Assembly (NCBI GenBank): GCA_949292875.1
Contig: CASFBJ010000020.1
Location: 81,044 to 145,043 of the forward strand
Origin: an uncultured Christensenella sp.
GTDB lineage: Bacteria; Bacillota; Clostridia; Christensenellales; UBA1242
Direction: 5' to 3'
DNA length: 64,000 bases
The notes under the pieces are model-generated. The model did not search any database, was not told the DNA's origin, and was given only the letters and a program-made list of their open reading frames with translations. Below are positions 38,262-46,751 of this stretch, piece after piece. Both the position numbers and the translations under genes were made by a program. Each line of letters opens with the position of its first letter. Within the stretch, counting starts at the first letter, position 1.

Positions 38262-40748
38262 TTATAGATTTTGAATACTTTCTTTAATTTTGTATTTATT
38301 TAATTCCCAAAAAATATATTGCCCAGTTTGGCTATCACCTTTTCTTTCTAGAAGAATATCTTTTGCATATTTTCTATAGTCTATAGAATGTAGTAAATTT
38401 TCTTCTTCTTTACATTTGCTTTTTAATATTTCATTTAAATCATTGTGGTGTTGCCCGACATTTATTTTTTCTATTGGGTTATTTGGATATAGTTGGTTAT
38501 ATAGTTTTGTAAAATCTTCTACGCCTGTATATATCTCTTGATATATTTTTATATAGTCTTCATTTGGAACACAATAAGATATTTCAATATTATTTAAGAC
38601 TCCATATCCATTATTTTTATTTATGTATAATGTACTTTTAGCTATTATTCTTTCAAAATTATCTCTTATAACTAATGTTTGGACATTGTTATCAAGAATG
38701 CTTGCTTTCATTATACCATAACCAAATCTACTTTCTATATGAGAACAGCAATTGCAATATTTACCTAAGACAAAAATCACAGGGTCATCTTTTTCAAGCC
38801 AGTCATAACTTAGACGAATAAAATTTTTATCTTTTGTTTGATTGTCATAATCATATATTGTGCCACTTTCGTTTTTTAAATGGATACCTAATATATTTCT
38901 TTTAACATTTAATTCATTGAATTGTTTTATTATATTGCACGCTTCATCAAAAGTGGATTGAGAGTAATAAAATCGTCTTATAGTTTCTGCAATGTGTTTA
39001 TTTTCTTCATTAATTCCATCAAAAGGTTTTGCGTAAATAAAATTTTTAAAATGTTCTACGCTTGGACTTAAATGTCTTTGTGAACCTTTATTTGATTGAT
39101 GAGTTTTTTGTATATCATCAAAATAATTTATTAATTTAACAATAAACCCTTTGTTATTTTTTTCTTCACATAAAAGTTTATCAAATACACTAGTATTATT
39201 TCTATTTCTTTTGCTAGTAATAAATTTTGCAAGCTCTGGATTAAATTTTTTAATATTTATATCTTTAAATAATGCGCTTAAAGTGTATATGTTCAAATTT
39301 TCTTGTTCTAAGTTTATTTTAATAAAATTATATGCATTCATAGCAAAATCTATATTGTCTTCGTTATTTTTATTTTCAAATATGCCTATAATATAGCATA
39401 ATCTTTGCAAAGCTTCAAAGTCACAAGTATCTAGTGGTTTGTCTATTTTTTTCAAAATATTTTTATAGTATTTAAAATTGGCATTGTTTAAAAAATCTTC
39501 TAATAAATTTTGTTGCTGTAAATCTTTTAAAAATTCTACGCTAAATTTTATATTGTATTCATAACAAATATCGTATATTTTTTTACTTATTTCACTTTCA
39601 AAAGATAATAGAGTAGGTATTATTTCATAACTTTTTTTAATTTTGGTTAAATCAAAATAAATTTTATTATCATCTAATCTATTATTGGTAAGAAATTTGC
39701 TTCCGTCATCGTTTATATATAAGTAATTAAAATTAACATTTTCGAAGGCTTTGTCTTCAACAAGTTGTATGCTTTGTGGTATATATAAATCTTTTAATAA
39801 AAAACAATTTTTAAATGTATTTGCCCTAAGTGTGTATAAAGAATTTGGCAGTTTTACACTAGATAAATTGTAACAATTTTCAAAGCAATTTTTACCTAAT
39901 TTATTTACATTATCTGGAATAACAATTGAGGTTAAAGATTCACAATTACTAAATGCTTGATTATTTATTTCTTTTAAGTTTTTAGGCAAAGTTATATCTG
40001 TTAAAGAAGAACAGCTTTTAAAAGTGTTGTTTGCAATAACTTTTATGTTTTCAGGTAAAGTTATTTTTTGTAAACTTTGGCAATTATAAAATGCACTTTC
40101 TTGAATATAATTAACGGATGCGGGCAACTCAATATATTTTAAGGATAAACAACATTCAAAAGCATTTGCAAGTATTCTATCTAGATTATTTGGTAAATGG
40201 ATATCTGTTAGTTTTGCACAAGATGAAAATAGTCCTCTTGGAATAAAATGTATGTTATCTGGTAAAATAACTTCTTTTAGATTGTAGCAGTTAGAAAAAG
40301 CCTTATCTTTTATTATTTGTACTGTTTTAGGTATAATAATTTTAGATAAATTTGTACAAAACAAAAATGCTTCTTCACAAATTTCATGTAAGCTATTATT
40401 AAACTCTACATCTTTTAAATTCATGCAATAAGCAAATGACCTAAAATCAATTAATTTTAGTGTATCTGGGAAAATAACTTTTTTTAAATTTAGGCAATTA
40501 TTAAAAGCTTTTCTTTTGATAATGCGAAGATTTTTTGGTAAGTGAACATCTTTTAACTTTTCAAAACCATTAAAAGCATCAAATTCTATAATATTAATAT
40601 CGTCTGGTAATATGATTTCGTCATTGTTTTTATATTGAATAGAATCTGATTTTGTTATAATTTTGTTTTCTACGAGTAAGGACTTGTCACTATTTAAGCT
40701 TTGCATTACTTCTTCATATGTTTTTCGTGTTTTTATCTTATTTAACAT
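38262..40748 (-). CDS. cytoplasmic BspA-type leucine-rich repeat (LRR_5-like) protein with an unknown C-terminal region of about 480 aa
   Basis: About 12 repeats of the form LP.N(L/I)..I...AF..C..L..I. No signal peptide. The C-terminal part contains GKYCNCCSHIESRFGYG. Start 40748 (GAAGG RBS) is preferred over the track start 40787. Confidence 0.88.
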   Translation of the reverse strand: MLNKIKTRKTYEEVMQSLNSDKSLLVENKIITKSDSIQYKNNDEIILPDDINIIEFDAFNGFEKLKDVHLPKNLRIIKRKAFNNCLNLKKVIFPDTLKLIDFRSFAYCMNLKDVEFNNSLHEICEEAFLFCTNLSKIIIPKTVQIIKDKAFSNCYNLKEVILPDNIHFIPRGLFSSCAKLTDIHLPNNLDRILANAFECCLSLKYIELPASVNYIQESAFYNCQSLQKITLPENIKVIANNTFKSCSSLTDITLPKNLKEINNQAFSNCESLTSIVIPDNVNKLGKNCFENCYNLSSVKLPNSLYTLRANTFKNCFLLKDLYIPQSIQLVEDKAFENVNFNYLYINDDGSKFLTNNRLDDNKIYFDLTKIKKSYEIIPTLLSFESEISKKIYDICYEYNIKFSVEFLKDLQQQNLLEDFLNNANFKYYKNILKKIDKPLDTCDFEALQRLCYIIGIFENKNNEDNIDFAMNAYNFIKINLEQENLNIYTLSALFKDINIKKFNPELAKFITSKRNRNNTSVFDKLLCEEKNNKGFIVKLINYFDDIQKTHQSNKGSQRHLSPSVEHFKNFIYAKPFDGINEENKHIAETIRRFYYSQSTFDEACNIIKQFNELNVKRNILGIHLKNESGTIYDYDNQTKDKNFIRLSYDWLEKDDPVIFVLGKYCNCCSHIESRFGYGIMKASILDNNVQTLVIRDNFERIIAKSTLYINKNNGYGVLNNIEISYCVPNEDYIKIYQEIYTGVEDFTKLYNQLYPNNPIEKINVGQHHNDLNEILKSKCKEEENLLHSIDYRKYAKDILLERKGDSQTGQYIFWELNKYKIKESIQNL

Positions 40749-40886
40749 CTTATTTACCTTCATTTTTATAGTTTTATTATAACACATAATTATTTTTTTT
40801 CAAGATGTTTTATTTTGTTTTTATATTAAAGTTGAAATATACAATTATACATAGTATAATAGAGTAGTTATTTGTTGGGAGAAAGT

Positions 40887-42149
40887 ATGGGAAATAATGA
40901 TGAAAGAGTAATATTACATGTTGATTTAAACAATTTTTATGCAAGTGTAGAAGCGTTACATAATGCGCACTATAGAACTGTGCCTATGGCAGTTTGTGGC
41001 AATATAGAATTAAGACATGGTGTAGTGCTTGCAAAAAATCAGTTAGCAAAAGAAAAGGGAGTAAAAACAGGAGACACAATAATAGAGGCTAAGCAAAAAT
41101 GCCCTAACATAGAATTTTGTCAGGCGAATTTTTCTTTATATTTAAAGTTTTCAAAATTGGCAAGAAATATATATGAAAGATATACAGATAGAGTAGAGAG
41201 TTTTGGAATAGATGAATGTTGGTTAGATGTAACTAAAAGTATAAAACTTTTTGGTTCGGGGCAAATTATTGCAGATAGGATAAGAAATGATTTAATTAAG
41301 GAAGTAGGGCTTACTGCTAGTGTTGGTGTAAGTTTTAACAAAATATTTGCAAAACTTGGAAGTGATTATAAGAAACCAAACGCTACAACTTTAATTACAA
41401 AAGAAAATTATAAGCAAATTGCTTTTCCTTTACCAGTAGAAAGTTTGATATTTGTGGGCAAGGCAACAAAAAAGAAATTAAACCATATAGGTATATATAC
41501 AATTGCCGATTTGGCTAATTGTGAAGTAAAAATACTAAAAGATATTTTAGGTGTATGGGGAGAATATCTACATGATTTTGCTAATGGTAAAGATAATAGC
41601 GAGGTAAAACCTTGTGGTGTTTATTCTGTTATTAAATCTGTAGGAAATAGTACTACAACAAAAAGAGATATGACTAAAGATGAAGATTTAAAAATAATAA
41701 TAAACTTACTAAGTGAAAGTGTGGGTGCAAGACTAAAAGAATATGGATTCAAAGGTAAATGTGTTGCACTATATATAAGAAATAGTGATTTGCAAACACA
41801 GAGTAGGCAAAAGTCTATAGATATACCAACTAATAGTGCAAATGAAATAGCAAAAATAGCGTACGATATCTTTAAAAGTTTTAAATATACTAATTATAAA
41901 CTTCGTTCATTAGGTGTTCAAGTGTCAAGTCTTGTTAAAGAAGATGAATGTAAAACGCAACTTGATATGTTTCAAAGTGTAGAAGATATACTTAAGAAAG
42001 AAACGCTTGAAAAGGGAATAGATAAAATTAGGACAAAATTTGGATATAATTCCATAAAAAAGGCCATAATGTATACTGACGAGAGTTTGACTGAACTTAA
42101 TGATGCTAAAGAAGAAAATGTAATACACCCTATAGGGTTTAAAAGGTAA
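40887..42149 (+). CDS. dinB: Y-family DNA polymerase IV (DinB)
   Basis: ILHVDLNNFYASVE, FGIDECWLDVT, SVGVSFNKIFAKL. ATG at 40887 follows GGGAGAAAG. Confidence 0.93.
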   Translation: MGNNDERVILHVDLNNFYASVEALHNAHYRTVPMAVCGNIELRHGVVLAKNQLAKEKGVKTGDTIIEAKQKCPNIEFCQANFSLYLKFSKLARNIYERYTDRVESFGIDECWLDVTKSIKLFGSGQIIADRIRNDLIKEVGLTASVGVSFNKIFAKLGSDYKKPNATTLITKENYKQIAFPLPVESLIFVGKATKKKLNHIGIYTIADLANCEVKILKDILGVWGEYLHDFANGKDNSEVKPCGVYSVIKSVGNSTTTKRDMTKDEDLKIIINLLSESVGARLKEYGFKGKCVALYIRNSDLQTQSRQKSIDIPTNSANEIAKIAYDIFKSFKYTNYKLRSLGVQVSSLVKEDECKTQLDMFQSVEDILKKETLEKGIDKIRTKFGYNSIKKAIMYTDESLTELNDAKEENVIHPIGFKR

Positions 42150-42185
42150 AGACATCAACTCTTGTACAAAAATTATGGAGTTTTT

Positions 42186-42461
42186 ATGCAAGAGCAAGAA
42201 AAAATATATGTTGAAGTTGAAGCATTGTTTGATATAGAAGGCACAGTAATTCCAAAAAGCATTGTATGGGAAAATGGTAAAGTGTATAATATAGACAAAA
42301 TTCTAGATGTAAGACAAGCGTGTTCTTTACATTCTGGAGGCGCTGGTACAAGGTATACAATAAAAATTGGAGGAAATGTACGATATCTTTTTTGCGAGGG
42401 ACAAAATGTGATGAAGCATCATGGTTTTTGTAAATGGTTTATTTCAAAAGAAGGGTATTGA
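42186..42461 (+). CDS. small conserved-looking protein tightly linked to dinB (function unknown)
   Basis: GGAG RBS and ATG at 42186. The motif W.NGK.Y.IDKILDVR...S...GG.GTRYT.KI.G....LF.E....WF resembles small proteins I recall next to Y-family polymerases in Clostridia; this is not verifiable here. Confidence 0.6.
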   Translation: MQEQEKIYVEVEALFDIEGTVIPKSIVWENGKVYNIDKILDVRQACSLHSGGAGTRYTIKIGGNVRYLFCEGQNVMKHHGFCKWFISKEGY

Positions 42462-42748
42462 TGAAATATGATTTAATTTAAAATCTTTGTGTTAAAAAAA
42501 CAAATTTTTTGATAATGTTAAATATATAAAATTTGGAATAAATAAAAGCAAGAAAAGTAATAAAATACTGGAAAATATGCAAAAAATGATAAAAATTACA
42601 GAAAATTGTAAAAATGTGATAAAAATTATAAAAAGTATTTACTTTATAAAAAAATAATGCTATTATGAGTTATACCTTTTCTTGGATAGTATACACAAAT
42701 TCCTTTAATCTATCTAGGATATAGGCGAATATATAAAGGAGAAATATA

Positions 42749-43009
42749 ATGGCAGAATTAAATAAAAAAGCTATAATAGATGCTTATGCTAGAAAAGAAG
42801 GCGATACAGGTTCTGTAGAAGTTCAAGTTGCTTTACTTACGAATAGAATTAGCAATCTTACTGAGCACCTTAAGGCAAATAAGCAAGATAAACACGCTTT
42901 AAGAGGTCTTAAGAAAATGGTTGGTAGAAGAGATGGTTTACTTAAGTATCTTGAAAAAGAAGATTTGGAAGCTTGTAGAGCATTAAAAGCAAAATTACAT
43001 CTTAGATAA
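42749..43009 (+). CDS. rpsO: 30S ribosomal protein S15
   Basis: [34 protein letters not shown]. Confidence 0.96.
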   Translation: MAELNKKAIIDAYARKEGDTGSVEVQVALLTNRISNLTEHLKANKQDKHALRGLKKMVGRRDGLLKYLEKEDLEACRALKAKLHLR

Positions 43010-43011
43010 TT

Positions 43012-43041
43012 AAAAAGACTTGCGCATGCAAGTCTTTTTTC
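43012..43041. terminator. bidirectional terminator between rpsO and the convergent PBP gene
   Basis: AGACTTGC-GCAT-GCAAGTCT with flanking A5 and T6 runs. Confidence 0.85.
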
Positions 43042-45332
43042 TATATGATAAATTTTCTAAGCCAGAAATTTGTAGTTTTTTGTTCTTCTTTTATTTCTAC
43101 AACATTTGAAGATTCATATTTTTCACTTTGTATAATCTTTGTATTTATATAAAATTTGTAAGATTTCTTTTTATCAATTTTTGCCGTAAAATCTTGTAAT
43201 CCTTCTACATCTGTGTAAGTATGTAAAACATTTGAGGAAACAATTTTTCCATCATCGTATTCTTCTTGTACAATCTCATATATTTGATTTTTTCTAGCTA
43301 TAAATTTTAAGTTTATTTCATCTTCTTTTTGTAAATATGTTAAAACAGGTTTTATGCAATGTATGAAATTTGAACTTATTTCTTTTGGAATGTATTTTTT
43401 ATTAAAATATGCTTGTTTTACATAATGATTAGGTGTATTTGTGCTTGCTAGTTTAATATTTCCTAATTCATAATCTATTTTGTCTAACTTTACTAGTTCT
43501 ACACCTTGGCACACATCAAAATTTTTCGGATTATGGTTTTTGTATAAAGTAGCAAAAATATTTTTTATTCTAATTGTTGGGCTTAATCCTGTTACACTTG
43601 TATTTTCTAAAAGGTTTTCTTCTTTATAATCTTTTGAAAAGTACCATATACAAACAGTATGTGCAGTAGTTTGAGCTATACACAAAGCATCAGTATTTTT
43701 ATTTGAATTTTTTGCTCCATTTGTACCACTTTTAGCACGGATATCAAAATTAAAATTTTTTAAAGATTGGCAAGTGCCATTTTGAGTAGTGTTTTTTAGC
43801 ATATCTCCAACCAAATAACTTGTTTCTTCTGTCATTACTTTGTGTTTTTTTACATTATGCTTATAAATTGTGTTGCCATTTGCATCTTTTATCTCTTTAA
43901 TAAAAGTAGCATTTTTCATGTATCCATTTGAACAAAATGGAGAATAGGCATTTACTAAATCTTTAATAGTTATTCCATTATACATACTACCTAAAGCTAG
44001 TGATAAGCCGTTATCCTTTTCATCAAAAGTAATGCCAAGTTTGCCTGCAAAATATTTTGCTTCATCAATGCCTAGTTTATCTAATATGGAAACTGCAGGT
44101 ACATTTAAAGACTTTGCGAGTGCGTCACTTGCAGATATTTTTCCATAATAGACATTGTTTATATTTTTTGGCGAATAATTTTCTTTAAAAGTTGTAGGAT
44201 TATCATTTAATATAGTAGCAGGTTGAATGAGTCCTTTTTCTACAGCAGGGGCGTACACAAGTATGGGTTTTATTGTAGAAGCGGGAGAGCGCTTTATTTT
44301 AGTTGCTCCGTATTTTATGCTAGAGTTAAATGCAATTATTCCATAAGTATCGTTGTCTAAAATAATGCTATTGTGTAAAGCGTTTGTGTCGTTTATAGAA
44401 TTTTTTAAAAGAAGGACATTGCTTTCTTTATCAAAATATGTGTATATTTTGTAGCCTTTACTTGCTATTTGTGATGGAGTTAAGTGAAGTAAACTACTTG
44501 CTTCATCTATTGCTCCGGAAAAGTAACTTTGGTTGTTTAGATTACTTGTATTGTCTATATGTAATTGTATTTCTTGTGATTTTGCTTCTAAGTAAGATTT
44601 TTCATCTATACTTTTTAATTCAAACATTGTATCTAATATAAAATTTTTCCTTTGGGTAATATTTTCTATATTATTTACAGGACAATAATAAGAAGGCGAC
44701 TTTATAATTCCTGCAAGAACTGTAGATTCGTTAAGAGTTAAATCTTTTGCGGGTTTATTGAAGTAAAAATTTGAAGCACTTTCTATTCCGTAACAGCCAT
44801 TGCCAAAGTAAATAGCGTTTAAATACATTTCTAAAATTTGTTTTTTATCATATTGTTTTTCTATCTCTAAAGCAAGAGATATTTCTTTTATTTTCCTTGA
44901 ATAGGTTTTTTCATTATTTAAATGAGTATTTTTAATTAATTGTTGTGTTATTGTAGAAGCTCCTTGTTCTATATCTCCAGATAAAACATTAGTTGCAAAA
45001 GCTTTAACTATTCTTTTAATGTTTATGCCATTATGTTCAAAAAATGTTTTGTCTTCAACATCTATAAATGCGTGTAATGTATAATCATTTAAGTCATCTA
45101 CTTTCACATAAGGTGCACCACTTAAACTTTCTGCGAGTTTTTCGTTTTTATTGTCGTATATCTGTATTGGAGATGTAATAGAGTTTAATAATTCGGTGTC
45201 TAATTTTGCAGTTGAAGCAATGCCAAAAAATAATGCTACTAGTATTAAAAATACAGCTAGCATTAATATTAAACAAATAAAGATTACTTTTTTTATGACA
45301 CCATGATTTTTTTTCTTTTGGAGTTCTTTCAT
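43041..45332 (-). CDS. class A penicillin-binding protein (transglycosylase + transpeptidase) with a C-terminal extension
   Basis: GT51 motifs EDKTFFEHNGI and GASTITQQL; transpeptidase motifs SPASTIKP (SxxK) and KSGTNG. N-terminal TM anchor. Confidence 0.92.
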   Translation of the reverse strand: MKELQKKKNHGVIKKVIFICLILMLAVFLILVALFFGIASTAKLDTELLNSITSPIQIYDNKNEKLAESLSGAPYVKVDDLNDYTLHAFIDVEDKTFFEHNGINIKRIVKAFATNVLSGDIEQGASTITQQLIKNTHLNNEKTYSRKIKEISLALEIEKQYDKKQILEMYLNAIYFGNGCYGIESASNFYFNKPAKDLTLNESTVLAGIIKSPSYYCPVNNIENITQRKNFILDTMFELKSIDEKSYLEAKSQEIQLHIDNTSNLNNQSYFSGAIDEASSLLHLTPSQIASKGYKIYTYFDKESNVLLLKNSINDTNALHNSIILDNDTYGIIAFNSSIKYGATKIKRSPASTIKPILVYAPAVEKGLIQPATILNDNPTTFKENYSPKNINNVYYGKISASDALAKSLNVPAVSILDKLGIDEAKYFAGKLGITFDEKDNGLSLALGSMYNGITIKDLVNAYSPFCSNGYMKNATFIKEIKDANGNTIYKHNVKKHKVMTEETSYLVGDMLKNTTQNGTCQSLKNFNFDIRAKSGTNGAKNSNKNTDALCIAQTTAHTVCIWYFSKDYKEENLLENTSVTGLSPTIRIKNIFATLYKNHNPKNFDVCQGVELVKLDKIDYELGNIKLASTNTPNHYVKQAYFNKKYIPKEISSNFIHCIKPVLTYLQKEDEINLKFIARKNQIYEIVQEEYDDGKIVSSNVLHTYTDVEGLQDFTAKIDKKKSYKFYINTKIIQSEKYESSNVVEIKEEQKTTNFWLRKFII

Positions 45333-45376
45333 ACAAATAGTTTAATCAATTTTATGTATTTTATTACATAAATTAC

Positions 45377-45405
45377 TTGAAAAAAACGACAATATCTTAT
45401 ATAAT
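45377..45405 (+). promoter_or_regulatory. promoter of miaB-mutSL operon (TTGAAA-17-TATAAT)
   Basis: TTGAAA at 45377-45382 and TATAAT at 45400-45405. Confidence 0.55.
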
Positions 45406-45438
45406 ATTATATAAATTAATTAAAAAGGATTTTCCGTT

Positions 45439-46749
45439 ATGAAGTATTTTATACAAACCTATGGTTGCCAAATGAATGTGCATGAAAGTGAAAAAGTTGC
45501 TGGTGTTTTAGAAGATTTTGGTTACACTCAAGCAAATGCTATAGAAGAAGCAGATGTGATAGTTTTTAATACTTGTTGTATTAGAGAAGGTGCGGAAACT
45601 AAAATTTTTTCAAATATAGGCAATATTAAGCCACTTAGAAAAAAGAAAAAGCATTTGATAGTTGCAGTTTTAGGTTGTATGACTCAACAGAAAAAATCTG
45701 CTCAAAATTTGAAAGAAAAGTTTCCTTGGATAGATATAATTATAGGTACATTTAATGCAGATTTGTTTGAAGATTATTTTAGAAAAGTATTAGATAAAAA
45801 AGCTAAAGTTTTTGATTTATTTGACAAAGAACAAGACATAGTTGAAAATACTAAATTTTTTAGGACAAGCGGTTCAAACGCTTGGGTAAACATAACTTAT
45901 GGCTGTAACAATTTTTGTACATATTGTATAGTGCCCTATGTTAGAGGCAGAGAAAGAAGTAGAAAAAGTGAAAACATAATTAAAGAGTGCAAAGATTTGA
46001 TTTCGCAAGGATATAAATCTATTACGCTTTTAGGACAAAATGTAAACTCATACGGTAAAGGGCTAGAAGAAAAAATAACATTTCCTGAACTTTGTAAAAA
46101 AATCTGTGATTTAGATGGTGATTTTAAATTAAAGTTTATGACTTCTCACCCAAAAGATTTTAGCGATGAACTTATAGATGTGATAGCAAATGAAGATAAG
46201 ATGAGCAAAGTAGTTCATTTGCCTTGTCAATCTGGTTCAAACGATATACTCCATAAAATGAATAGAAGATATACTAGGGAATACTATTTAGATAGAGTAG
46301 AAAAACTTAGAGAAAAAGTTCCTAATGTTATTTTAACTTCAGACTTTATTGTAGGTTTTCCAAGTGAAACTGAAGAAGATTTTGCACTTACCTGTGATTT
46401 AGTAAAAAAAGTAAGATATAATTCTATTTTTGCATTTATTTATTCAAAAAGAAAAGGTACAGTGGCAGAGACTATGCCAGAGCAAATAGATATAGAAACA
46501 AAAAGAAAAAGAGTTAATATTTTATTAGATATACAACATGCTATAACAAAGGAAAAAGATAAAGAACTTATTGGCCAGACTTTAGATTGTTTAATTAAAA
46601 AAGAAAGCAATAATTATGTAGCAATAAGTGAATCTGGTAAGACTATATATCTTAATAATTTCATAGATAAAATAGATTTTAATAAATATTATAAAGTAAA
46701 AGTGCAAGAAGTTAGAGAAAACAAAGTTTATGGTACAATAGAGAGGTAA
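45439..46749 (+). CDS. miaB: tRNA-i6A37 methylthiotransferase MiaB (radical SAM)
   Basis: MKYFIQTYGCQMNVHESE; the radical SAM motif CNNFCTYC; TRAM C-terminus. Confidence 0.92.
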   Translation: MKYFIQTYGCQMNVHESEKVAGVLEDFGYTQANAIEEADVIVFNTCCIREGAETKIFSNIGNIKPLRKKKKHLIVAVLGCMTQQKKSAQNLKEKFPWIDIIIGTFNADLFEDYFRKVLDKKAKVFDLFDKEQDIVENTKFFRTSGSNAWVNITYGCNNFCTYCIVPYVRGRERSRKSENIIKECKDLISQGYKSITLLGQNVNSYGKGLEEKITFPELCKKICDLDGDFKLKFMTSHPKDFSDELIDVIANEDKMSKVVHLPCQSGSNDILHKMNRRYTREYYLDRVEKLREKVPNVILTSDFIVGFPSETEEDFALTCDLVKKVRYNSIFAFIYSKRKGTVAETMPEQIDIETKRKRVNILLDIQHAITKEKDKELIGQTLDCLIKKESNNYVAISESGKTIYLNNFIDKIDFNKYYKVKVQEVRENKVYGTIER

Positions 46750-46751
46750 CT

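Noticed and set aside
42577-42657. 26-codon ORF MQKMIKITENCKNVIKIIKSIYFIKK, plus the near-repeat (A)TGATAAAAATTA x2, in the dinB-rpsO spacer
   Set aside because: The Lys/Ile/Asn-rich composition is what random AT-rich DNA encodes, and the only RBS is a weak GGA. The repeat is low-complexity A/T sequence, not a CRISPR or iteron array.
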